64,000 nucleotides of DNA from Minisyncoccota bacterium (GTDB lineage: Bacteria; Patescibacteriota; Minisyncoccia; Phycocordibacterales; UBA2100). Position 1 is the first letter of the stretch; every line of letters starts with the position of its first letter. Under the pieces are notes generated by a model. That model saw nothing but the letters and a program-made list of their open reading frames with translations, made no database searches and was not told the DNA's origin. Shown piece by piece: positions 27,935 through 36,858 of this stretch. Where the stretch lies: contig JALHPE010000001.1 in the NCBI GenBank assembly GCA_022842645.1, forward strand, positions 135,711 through 199,710. Direction: 5' to 3'. Both the position numbers and the translations under genes were made by a program.

Positions 27935-28082
27935 CTCGACCCCCGAGATTTGCCGCGCACAGCACCTCGATACCCGAGATATGGCTTGAAGTATATACCT
28001 TCAGAGGGTCGCATGAAAACAAGCCTCTCCTGACTGTGGACAACTTATTTTCGTATCTTCACGAACAGATCGCATTGTACTT

Positions 28083-28844
28083 ATGCCAAAGCTCGCGTAC
28101 GCTAGAGATATGTCCGGCCTTGCAGCAAAAACTCTTGTTCTTGGCGGTATTATCTTTGCAATCATTATTGTTGGCTTCTTGGAGGCCCGAAAAGGGGCTG
28201 AGCTTGATGAGTTGGTTAGAGACACTCTCCGACAGCTCGGTATGAATCGCACCTATGGAATGCGAGCAGAGACTCGTGTGGATATTGGCGATCGTATACT
28301 TTCGATTGACGGCACCTATCGCATAGATACCCCGGCAAAATCGTATTCCTCAAACTCGCGCACAACCCTAACGGTTAAAAATACCGGCGAAACACATTCA
28401 TTTACCCTCCAAAACATCTCTCTTGGTGAAAAAGTCTATGTATCAGTCTCGACTGACAGTCCACTCCTCAGACAGACACTGCCTCTCACGGAAGGGTGGC
28501 GCTCGTTTGACAGTAGGGCGATACCAGAGGAGTTCGTAGGCATTGCCGTCTATGGCCCAATTCTTGATAACACGCGCATCTTTGCGGATGAGGGTGCTCA
28601 TCTTACCTTTCTCGAAAAGAAGGTAGAGGATAGCGGCGAACAGTACGTTTTTAAGCTTAGCAATCCTCGCGACGAGATAGGGGGCACACTTCAAACACTG
28701 TTTGAGCGTATTGGCTCGGAGGGGCGTGTGTTTGTATGGCTTCGTGAAGGAAGGGTCTCTCACTTCGTCTTTACTGGCAAAGACTACGTCTCAACCACAA
28801 CGCTCATGGGGGGAGAGCTTGACCCCATCACTCCCCCACTTTGA
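28083..28844 (+). CDS. hypothetical N-terminally anchored extracytoplasmic protein
   Basis: TM LVLGGIIFAIIIVGFL then soluble domain. 253 aa. Overlaps the next gene by 4 nt. Confidence 0.4.
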   Translation: MPKLAYARDMSGLAAKTLVLGGIIFAIIIVGFLEARKGAELDELVRDTLRQLGMNRTYGMRAETRVDIGDRILSIDGTYRIDTPAKSYSSNSRTTLTVKNTGETHSFTLQNISLGEKVYVSVSTDSPLLRQTLPLTEGWRSFDSRAIPEEFVGIAVYGPILDNTRIFADEGAHLTFLEKKVEDSGEQYVFKLSNPRDEIGGTLQTLFERIGSEGRVFVWLREGRVSHFVFTGKDYVSTTTLMGGELDPITPPL

Positions 28845-29602
28845 TGTGTACAGCCAAGACCGAGACGCTCGCCACGAAGTACACTAAGGCTATGCAGGCA
28901 TTTCTTCGTCGCCATGCCCACAAAATCCTGATTGGACATGGAACTGCAATCGCACTCCTTACCACAAGCATGATGATGGGCGTGCCTAAAGCTATTATGT
29001 ATCTCGCACCCACACCTGAACAAATGCGGGTGGGAGAAAATGCCACGCTCTCCATTAATCTCAATGCCCAAGTGCCGGTGAACGCTATTGGCACAACACT
29101 CGTAATCCCACCTGAGATGGAAGTAATTGCCATCAGCAAGGAAGGATCTTTCTTGGACCTTTGGACTGAGGAAACGGTGTTGCGTGAAGCGGTGGGTGAA
29201 CTGCGGTTTAGTGGAGGATCACTCGCGCGCGGAGGACTCACCGGAGTGCATACAGCGCTTACACTAACTGTCCGCGCCAAAACACCCGGCGAAGCAGTCT
29301 TCTCATTCAAAGATACTGAGGTGCGGGCCCATGATGGAACGGGAGAGCGTATCACAACCGAGCTTCGCACCCTCTCCATTACAATCGTTCCGGAAACTCC
29401 CAAAGAAGAAGTCGGAGTAGAGACACAAAGAGCGGCGCCACATGCTGATTTTGACGGAAAAAATGGCGTCACTATCGCCGATATGTCTATTCTCATGATG
29501 AAGCTCTTTGGCCCTTACGATGCATACTTCGATCTAAACCGCGACGGCCTGCTTTCGCTCGCCGATCTCTCGGTTTTCTTTAGCGCGATGCAAGATCGGT
29601 AG
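28841..29602 (+). CDS. secreted protein with cohesin-like beta-sandwich domain and C-terminal dockerin-like segment
   Basis: Signal/TM. ATLSINLNAQVPVNAIGTTLVIPPEMEVIAISKEGSFLDLW...GELRFSGG resembles cohesin modules. C-terminal FDGKNGVTIADMSILMM...DLNRDGLLSLADLSVFF dockerin-like repeats. Confidence 0.45.
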   Translation: MMCTAKTETLATKYTKAMQAFLRRHAHKILIGHGTAIALLTTSMMMGVPKAIMYLAPTPEQMRVGENATLSINLNAQVPVNAIGTTLVIPPEMEVIAISKEGSFLDLWTEETVLREAVGELRFSGGSLARGGLTGVHTALTLTVRAKTPGEAVFSFKDTEVRAHDGTGERITTELRTLSITIVPETPKEEVGVETQRAAPHADFDGKNGVTIADMSILMMKLFGPYDAYFDLNRDGLLSLADLSVFFSAMQDR

Positions 29603-29605
29603 TGC

Positions 29606-30580
29606 TTATTTCTCACGAATGCGGCCGTATTTTGCTTTTTCGATCGCATGGATGTGGTAGAGGTAGCCCGCACCCAAACCACCGAGGACGAGAAGAAAGA
29701 GTATAGGGAGAATCGTCCCCACCACGTCTGCACCAACGGCGGCAACAGACGCAAATCCTTCCGAACGCACCGTTATTGTGAGCCGTGCGGCTTCCGACAT
29801 CTTGCCATTCTGATTCTCAGTCATGGCTCGAAGACGATAGACACCGGGACGTGCGCCCATGTTGGAGACAAACATAAATGCGCCGTCCCCATCCGTGGTA
29901 AGCGCCGTTGTTTCAGCCTCATCCCCTTCTCCAAAGAGGAATACTATCTTCGTGTTCGGCGCAGCAACTCCTGTTACTACAATTCGCTCTCCCACAGGCA
30001 CAAAACCCGGATGCGGATCAAAAATAGGTGCGGGAGGTGCCTCCTCGATATATGCTTCATAGCCTTCTTCTGTCGATGTTGCGTCACTCAGTTCAGGAAC
30101 CGCCCCTTCCTCGCGCGGCTGAACTGTGTAGAGCCCTGAGCGCATGCTGGTGATTATGTTTGAACCTTTACCATCAGCGGCGAGAATGGCACCCGCGGCA
30201 AGATAGGCATTACTGGGGCGCGAGCGGAGTGCCTTGAACTCCACGGTGACGAGAAGTCCTCGCGAACCGCGGTACGGTACTTTTGTCCACCCCGCAAAAC
30301 GCAGTGTTCCTGTCTGATTTGAAAATGTCGGCTGCGTTGGCCATGCATCGAGAATAGAACCATCAGTCGAAACTTTTTGTATCTCAATTGCGTCGGGATT
30401 AAATGTGAGCTCCGCCTCAGCAGCATTTACCTCTGCGTCATCGGTATCAGCATACACACGTATTTCAAAAATCTCACCGATCGTATAGGCTCCCGTTTCT
30501 GGCTCAACAAAGAGCGCTGCCTCTGCGGCAAAAACCCCGCTCGGAACAAGGAGAACCAGCGCGAGGAAAACACGCATCAT
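29606..30580 (-). CDS. membrane-anchored cohesin-like scaffold protein (cohesin-like + Ig-like + C-terminal TM)
   Basis: Signal peptide. FEIRVYADTDD...VNAAEAELTFNPDAIEIQKVSTDGSILDAW...GTLRFAGW cohesin-like pattern. C-terminal TM TILPILFLLVLGGLGAGYLY. Confidence 0.5.
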   Translation of the reverse strand: MMRVFLALVLLVPSGVFAAEAALFVEPETGAYTIGEIFEIRVYADTDDAEVNAAEAELTFNPDAIEIQKVSTDGSILDAWPTQPTFSNQTGTLRFAGWTKVPYRGSRGLLVTVEFKALRSRPSNAYLAAGAILAADGKGSNIITSMRSGLYTVQPREEGAVPELSDATSTEEGYEAYIEEAPPAPIFDPHPGFVPVGERIVVTGVAAPNTKIVFLFGEGDEAETTALTTDGDGAFMFVSNMGARPGVYRLRAMTENQNGKMSEAARLTITVRSEGFASVAAVGADVVGTILPILFLLVLGGLGAGYLYHIHAIEKAKYGRIREK

Positions 30581-31491
30581 GCGCCTGATGCAGGATCTGT
30601 TGGCTTTTCCCTGGGTCGCAGGTACAGCCGCGAGAATGCGATGAGCACAACGAGTATGACGCCGAAAATGATGAATGAAAGATCGATCGACGCCTGTGAT
30701 TCCGGTGCGGCCTCCGCGTCATACTCTCCCAAGCGCTCGTTTCCTGCCTTGTCTATGGCACGGACACGAATATCGTCGAGCGATTTAAAACGAAGGGCGT
30801 GGGGGCTCGTAACCGTACGCCAGGCTCCTCGCTCATAGAGCTCGAAGTGATCAAGCCCACTCTGCTTATCGGTTGTCGAAAATACGAGAAAATAGCGGCC
30901 GCTAAAGATCCCGCGCGTTGAGTGAGCCTCGACCGTAAATGCTTCTGGTGGAATAGTATCTTCCTGTACCTCCTGAATCCATTCGTTTGCCGAAAGTTGT
31001 GGCTCACGAAGGAGTGTAAACGACGCAACGCTTCGTTCCGGCACTATCTCAGTCCCCAGACCATCATGTGCATAGAGACGTGCGTTGTTACTTATGAGCA
31101 CGTCAGCATTCTCGCTTGTGCCAACAACTGTGAATGCAATTCTGCCGAGAATATTGCTCAGCGACGGGTCGCCCTGAACGCGTCCGCAATACCCACCGGG
31201 AATGCCACCCGCAAATGAGACGATACCGCGCTCGTAATCGAGTACGGGCTCGCGCACCCACAAGGAGAGTATTGATGAGCCTTTACTGAAATCAACGGCG
31301 CGCATGCTTTCTTTGGGGTATACAATCTCGATGTCAGCAGCATTTATACACGCATCGTCAGTGAGAACCCGCACTTCTGCAATAAACGTATCTCCCACTC
31401 CATATGTCCCATCCCCCGGCGTGAGATAGACACTTGCGGCATGTGCAAAAATGGGGGAAGCAAAGAGTGCGAGTGCAAGAATGGCGCGCAT
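30577..31491 (-). CDS. membrane-anchored cohesin-like scaffold protein, paralog
   Basis: Signal peptide. FIAEVRVLTDDACINAADIEIVYPKESMRAVDFSKGSSILSLW...GIVSFAGG. C-terminal TM FIIFGVILVVLIAF. Confidence 0.5.
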   Translation of the reverse strand: MRAILALALFASPIFAHAASVYLTPGDGTYGVGDTFIAEVRVLTDDACINAADIEIVYPKESMRAVDFSKGSSILSLWVREPVLDYERGIVSFAGGIPGGYCGRVQGDPSLSNILGRIAFTVVGTSENADVLISNNARLYAHDGLGTEIVPERSVASFTLLREPQLSANEWIQEVQEDTIPPEAFTVEAHSTRGIFSGRYFLVFSTTDKQSGLDHFELYERGAWRTVTSPHALRFKSLDDIRVRAIDKAGNERLGEYDAEAAPESQASIDLSFIIFGVILVVLIAFSRLYLRPREKPTDPASGA

Positions 31492-31505
31492 ACCTATAGT
31501 ATATA

Positions 31506-32666
31506 TTAGCCCGTCCAGTTAAAGAGCATGATACTAAAATCTCCGAGATTTACGGTGCCGTCTTTGTTGAAGTCATAGCGCGCGTCGGTCTTCCCCCACG
31601 AGATGAGAAAGATCGAGAAATCGACGAGATTGACTTTGCCGTCATCGTTAACATCAGCTGAGCCGGTGCCTCCAGGAGAACCTGCGCCCACAAAAAACCC
31701 CACAGAGCGACCGTACCCGCTCGAAGCTTCGATCGAAAGTTCAAAAAGCGCCTTTGCAGTGTTCATCCCTTCAGAGAGCGATCCGGTGTCTACTTGCAGT
31801 ACCCACAGTCCTGCCTGGTCGCTCTCTGCAGAGAACGATGTCTTCTTCCCGGCAAACACATCCGCGAACACCTTCACATCGGGCACTGTCTGTCCCTGGA
31901 GCGTCAAAAAATCTCCTCGTGGTATTTCAACCGCACTCGCAGAGATGGTCGGCGGAATGAGTATATTTGCGATGGTAGTCACCGCGCTCTGGACGACCTC
32001 AAATACAAACGCGGTAGTAAGTGAGTCGACACCACGACTATCTTTTGCAGAAAAGCCAAACGTCGTAATACCGGGGGTCACCTGATTGGTTGTGTAGATA
32101 AAATTTGCTTTGGAATCAGCGCGGGTGGTTCCAAATTCTTTGCCATCAACCAACACGCGCACATCAGCGTTTGGGTATGCTTTCCCGCGCATCACCACTT
32201 TTGTTTCGTTTGCAGACGGAATGGTTCCTGGTTGCCCCCCAGGAAGATTCGGGATAGAGCCGACGGTTGGCGAGCCCGGGTTTGACGGCGGCACTGCGGT
32301 TTCCGACTGGCACGTCGCCGAACAAAGGTCGCCGTTGGTATGATTACCATCGTCACACTGCTCAGAGAAACGCACTTGGAGTATGTTATCGCCGCAGTAA
32401 GGACCGAAGCTTACACAATCAGCCGCACACACACGCAGCGTAGTCGAGGAGCCGTACGTACCCAGGTTATTCCCTGCCCCAAGATCACAGACCTCTTCGG
32501 TGCTCACAACTCCATCGCCACAAATGGTGATGATAGCGCTAGTTTGAAGATCAATTGCAGCGGCTTGTGGAAGAAATATGAGGTACGCTTCAAGTAGGAG
32601 CACGCCGATACCCATTGCGGTGAGGAGCCCTATCCACACACGCTCAAACAGACTACCAGCGAACAT
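31506..32666 (-). CDS. secreted Cys-rich/Ig-like protein with C-terminal dockerin-like module
   Basis: C-terminus DVNDDGKVNLVDFSIFLISW...DFNKDGTVNLGDFSIMLFNWTG is nearly identical in pattern to the dockerin-like terminus of the 10797..12458 protein. Confidence 0.6.
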   Translation of the reverse strand: MFAGSLFERVWIGLLTAMGIGVLLLEAYLIFLPQAAAIDLQTSAIITICGDGVVSTEEVCDLGAGNNLGTYGSSTTLRVCAADCVSFGPYCGDNILQVRFSEQCDDGNHTNGDLCSATCQSETAVPPSNPGSPTVGSIPNLPGGQPGTIPSANETKVVMRGKAYPNADVRVLVDGKEFGTTRADSKANFIYTTNQVTPGITTFGFSAKDSRGVDSLTTAFVFEVVQSAVTTIANILIPPTISASAVEIPRGDFLTLQGQTVPDVKVFADVFAGKKTSFSAESDQAGLWVLQVDTGSLSEGMNTAKALFELSIEASSGYGRSVGFFVGAGSPGGTGSADVNDDGKVNLVDFSIFLISWGKTDARYDFNKDGTVNLGDFSIMLFNWTG

Positions 32667-33630
32667 GCGGGCGAGAAGTGCGACGACGCGCGAGAATGAC
32701 GGCAAGAGAGAGCACGATAAGAAGTGGGATACCAACAAAACCAGCAACTTTTAGTTTATCGGCATTTGAAAGTCCTCCGAAACCGTACCCCTCATATCCA
32801 GGAACACTTCCTATGGTTGAGATGCTCACGTCGAGCACGTCCTGTTGCGCAACCTCTTCACCTTTTTGAATAGTGTATTTTGCCTTATAACGTCCTGCTG
32901 GGAGACGTGTCGGGAGTTCCGCAAGCACCTCCTGAATTGCAAACGGTGGAATTGACTCAATCGTATTCGTATTCTCGGTAGTTTCGAGCAGTGTTTCCAT
33001 ATCGGCATCGTATATCTCGAACCGCACCCCAGTTGGTCCATAGTCGGTATTCCCTGTATTTTCGATCGTCATGAGAAAGCGAATCTTGCCAGGAAAGAAC
33101 AGTCCCCACTTCCAGCGACCTTCTTCGAGATCAGAGAGTCGAATCTTTCTCACTGAGAAATCGTAAATCTTATCAACAACTTCAATATCAACGTCGATCT
33201 GGGCACCGAGCGCAATTGACACACCGCTTCCCTGAGGACCTGCCGCAGCCGAAGATGTTCGCACCCGAATGGTTCCTTCGTGTGTTTTGTATTCGGCATC
33301 TTCGGGAACCTGCACGCGTACGATAATAGGAATTTGAGTTGTGCCTTTCGGTAAGATAAATGTATTTCCACGATCAACAGAAAACCACGATTCGATGCCG
33401 GGAATATTCATGGTGATCTCCGCAGTGAGGTCTTCTGAGGGGTCGGAGCGTACGAGCGTTATTTTTTGTTCAAAGACAGTCCCGCGCGTGAGACGTTGAT
33501 TATTCACATACGGAGGTGTGATACCAAACCCCGCATGTGCAAGTGGCGCACATACAAAAAACACAATGAGTGTCACGAGCGAAAAGCGCATAGAAAAAAA
33601 GCGCCTGTGTTTCGCGGCCATAGAGCGCAT
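32653..33630 (-). CDS. CscA-like cell-surface protein (DUF916/DUF3324-like architecture), paralog 4
   Basis: Signal peptide. Two beta-rich domains with conserved GRYKAKYTI...G motif. C-terminal TM FVGIPLLIVLSLAVIL + RRRTSR. Confidence 0.5.
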   Translation of the reverse strand: MRSMAAKHRRFFSMRFSLVTLIVFFVCAPLAHAGFGITPPYVNNQRLTRGTVFEQKITLVRSDPSEDLTAEITMNIPGIESWFSVDRGNTFILPKGTTQIPIIVRVQVPEDAEYKTHEGTIRVRTSSAAAGPQGSGVSIALGAQIDVDIEVVDKIYDFSVRKIRLSDLEEGRWKWGLFFPGKIRFLMTIENTGNTDYGPTGVRFEIYDADMETLLETTENTNTIESIPPFAIQEVLAELPTRLPAGRYKAKYTIQKGEEVAQQDVLDVSISTIGSVPGYEGYGFGGLSNADKLKVAGFVGIPLLIVLSLAVILARRRTSRPHVRW

Positions 33631-33717
33631 TTTAGCACCTACTAACGCTATGTCTTGCCTCTGTACCCACGAACCGGGAGAGAGAGAAAAGTGACCCATG
33701 AACCCCAGGAAAACGCT

Positions 33718-35592
33718 TTACCAGAAGGAACTATTACTCTTCTTTGCTGTTATTGTGTTTTGCCCGAGATAGCTACCCGCTTGCGTAATCGCGCTTGGAA
33801 TGTTGATGCCCCAGTAGGTATCCCGTTCTTGCGGGGAGCTTGTGGCGGTTGTCTTCGGAACGCGTATCAAGAGTTCAGCCGGAGTCGTAGAGCCGGTGAG
33901 TGTAAATGCGGTAGTGGACGCATAGCCGACTGAGGAAGTTGCGAATTTTTGGTTAGAGACCGGAATATCGTTTGCGGGATTAATGCCGTTGGTATCACAC
34001 GAGTCTGGTGCACTCCATATCGTACACATCGTGTCGCCATAGAGGTCTTGGTCGAGGCCAATGTTTCCGAGTGCAATAAGATCAGTTGTGGTTGCGAGAG
34101 GATCGTTCTGCTGACCCGGCTCGAGCCCGCCGTACCCAATCGCAGTTTCTGTCACGTTAAATGCGAGGAAACTGGTCATTTCATTTCCTGTTGAACCCTC
34201 GGTGAGTCCACTTGAGAAACCGTCATCGTCGAGAATACTGACCGAGGTGAGCCAGTTTTCCGCTGTCCAAGGCGTTGCGGTATCGGTTGGGTCTGCGACG
34301 TACCAAAGCGGGAATGTGCATGTCCATGTGGATGTGGTATCCGACGTCCCACTACACGAGGCGCCATCCTGGGTGCAGGAAACAAAAGGACTGAAATTCG
34401 GCGACGAGGATGCATAGCAGTTGTTAGGATTATATTCGCCAGAAGAATCACAGCCTGCTTGTGTGATACCTGAGCGATAGACGTTGATGGTTGCCGTCGC
34501 GATCTCATTCCCCACCGTTGCCTGACAGCTATTGTTGTCAGTTGCGGTAAAGCGTACACGAAAAGGTCCGGTTGTTGCACTCGGCGTGACGAGCGTTAAG
34601 TTACCCGAGCCATCAGTGTCTTCAAGACTGACGGTCGCAGCACTCACACTTGGCGCGACATTGTTCACGGTAAACGATGAATTGAAACCTTGGAATGTCG
34701 ATGTTGCACTGTGACCATGATTATCGATCACGAACACAAATGCCGAATACAGAGCGTCCTGTGTTGGAATCACAATAGTGGTGGTCGTTGCGGGGTTAGA
34801 CGACGCAAGCGTCGAGGTTGCCCAGGCGCCACCGGTACAGGTTCCGTTACTGAAACCGCTCGTGCGGCACACGATGAGTTGCACAGTGTCAGCAACACCA
34901 GCAACATCAGTATCTGATGCCGTAGAGTTCCATGTCATCGTATCCCCCGGATCGACTGGACCATCGTTTGATATCGCGGTGAAAATAGGAGGGTGGTTTA
35001 CAACAAAGGGCGAGGAGGTTGTGCCACTACCTTGCCTAAACGCCAGGTTGCAGCGCGGAAGCGGGTTATTACCATCGCATACCCATGCGAACCAATCATT
35101 AAGCTCGTTTTGAAATGGGAAGGTTTCTCTGGTGGTTGTTGCAGCGGTTGCTTGTAAGCCACTGCCCGTAGAAGCTGAAACCGCCCACTGATTGGCAACA
35201 CCACCATTGCAGGTCGGCGCCGCACTGATGTTTGCAGTGGGTGTGCCACTTGTTTTACAAATGAGGAGGTAGTAGTTGTCGCCGCTTGAGTCCGTTGCCG
35301 TTCCAATCCAAGAAACAACACTTCCCGAATTGGTGGGAGTTGTTGTGGAAGATCCAATGTTTTCTTGCGCATCCACTGTCCATGTTGGCGCGGTGTTGAG
35401 CACCGTAACTGATGTGGTCACGTCGTCTGCGCGTGCGTTTGGTACATTCGCATCAAAGAGGAGCGTAAACAAAAGTGCCGAGATAACCGCAAGGATCAAA
35501 GCACCACTTTTGCCTTCACCCCCCTGGAGTGCGCTCTGACATAAACGAAGAAGCCCGAACTGATACGGCATACTATGCACTGATGGTAGCAC
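33718..35592 (-). CDS. secreted T/S-rich surface protein with C-terminal WxL-like motif
   Basis: Signal-anchor. C-terminus YWGINIPSAITQAGSYLGQNTITA is shared with the giant protein terminus YWGINVPSGTAATLHAGTNTFIATSD. Confidence 0.55.
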   Translation of the reverse strand: MLPSVHSMPYQFGLLRLCQSALQGGEGKSGALILAVISALLFTLLFDANVPNARADDVTTSVTVLNTAPTWTVDAQENIGSSTTTPTNSGSVVSWIGTATDSSGDNYYLLICKTSGTPTANISAAPTCNGGVANQWAVSASTGSGLQATAATTTRETFPFQNELNDWFAWVCDGNNPLPRCNLAFRQGSGTTSSPFVVNHPPIFTAISNDGPVDPGDTMTWNSTASDTDVAGVADTVQLIVCRTSGFSNGTCTGGAWATSTLASSNPATTTTIVIPTQDALYSAFVFVIDNHGHSATSTFQGFNSSFTVNNVAPSVSAATVSLEDTDGSGNLTLVTPSATTGPFRVRFTATDNNSCQATVGNEIATATINVYRSGITQAGCDSSGEYNPNNCYASSSPNFSPFVSCTQDGASCSGTSDTTSTWTCTFPLWYVADPTDTATPWTAENWLTSVSILDDDGFSSGLTEGSTGNEMTSFLAFNVTETAIGYGGLEPGQQNDPLATTTDLIALGNIGLDQDLYGDTMCTIWSAPDSCDTNGINPANDIPVSNQKFATSSVGYASTTAFTLTGSTTPAELLIRVPKTTATSSPQERDTYWGINIPSAITQAGSYLGQNTITAKKSNSSFW

Positions 35593-35644
35593 TCAGGAAA
35601 ATTGTAATTTTCCTTGTATGTGGATAACAAACCGCGCGTAGTTG

Positions 35645-36853
35645 CTATTTGTAGCGAATCGCGTCGAGTGGGTTAATTTTTGCGGCGCGACGCGCAGGGA
35701 AAAGTCCGGTGATAAGCCCGACGACACCCGAAAAAGTCGCGATGAATGCGAGAAATGGAAGTGGATATTTGAAAATCCCAACCGCTTCCCCACCGAACTT
35801 ACTCGCCGCAACACTCAGGAGTCCATTCGCAAACCACCCAATACCGACGCCGATCATGATTCCCACAATGCCCCCGAGAAGACCAACAATAACCGCTTCC
35901 GCAACGAAGAGTACGACGATGTCACGCGACGAAGCGCCAATCGTGCGCATAATGCCGATTTCCGCCGTGCGCTCGAGGAGGGTGACCGTCATTGTATTGA
36001 ACATACCAATCGCAGAAACAGTGAGTGCGATTCCACCAAAGACTGCCAAGACTGCCTGAATACCTTGGAAGATTTTGTTTGCCTGTTCGACAGTTTTTGA
36101 AAGCGCCGTCACCACAAATCCCTGTGCGATAATTTCATCTTGCACTGGAACCAGTGACTCACTATCAATCACGCGCACTTGCACGCGCTCGTACTCAGGA
36201 ATCTGGAAGCGCGACGAAAACTCATCGAGCGTCATGATCGCCACGAGCGATGATGCGTCATCGGTTACTCCTTTAATAGTGTACGGAGTCTCAATCGCGA
36301 CTTCGGTAAAATCTTCAGTCCCCTCGTTCGGCACTAAAACGCGGAATGTGACTTGGCGACCAAGTGCTTCTGCCGGGTTTTCAACGCCGAAGAGTTTGAG
36401 CATCGCAGAAGAAACAATCACGCTTCGCTTGTCTTCCTCGGCAGTCGCGTCGGTAAACAGATCCCCTTCAAGCGCCTTGCCGCCAGTGTAGAGAAAATAG
36501 GATGGCTTCACGCCCTGGAGGAATGCATTCCCTGTGAGCCCCTCGTACGTTGCAAGCGTCGGAAAACTCGCCATGGGCGACACATCTTTCACGAGCTCGT
36601 TTGCTGCAAATGCATCGACAGTTTCTTGATCCAAGACTACCGCCTTCGAAGGCGGATTTGCAACGTTGAGAGAAAGGAGTGTTTCTCCGAAAACGATGCG
36701 TTCGAGAATGATACTCTGGAGCCCGAAGCCGAGGCCCACAAGCGCAACGACCGCCCCCGTTCCCACACCCATGCCCAAAATAGTGAGCCACGTACGCGAC
36801 GGGTTCGTCTTGAACATACGCGTTGAGAGCATTGCGATGTCTTGAATTCTCAT
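35645..36853 (-). CDS. ABC transporter permease, MacB/FtsX-like (4 TM + large extracytoplasmic domain)
   Basis: N-terminal TM, ~220-aa periplasmic domain, three C-terminal TMs with the FtsX-type motif. 402 aa. Confidence 0.8.
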   Translation of the reverse strand: MRIQDIAMLSTRMFKTNPSRTWLTILGMGVGTGAVVALVGLGFGLQSIILERIVFGETLLSLNVANPPSKAVVLDQETVDAFAANELVKDVSPMASFPTLATYEGLTGNAFLQGVKPSYFLYTGGKALEGDLFTDATAEEDKRSVIVSSAMLKLFGVENPAEALGRQVTFRVLVPNEGTEDFTEVAIETPYTIKGVTDDASSLVAIMTLDEFSSRFQIPEYERVQVRVIDSESLVPVQDEIIAQGFVVTALSKTVEQANKIFQGIQAVLAVFGGIALTVSAIGMFNTMTVTLLERTAEIGIMRTIGASSRDIVVLFVAEAVIVGLLGGIVGIMIGVGIGWFANGLLSVAASKFGGEAVGIFKYPLPFLAFIATFSGVVGLITGLFPARRAAKINPLDAIRYK

Positions 36854-36858
36854 GGTGG

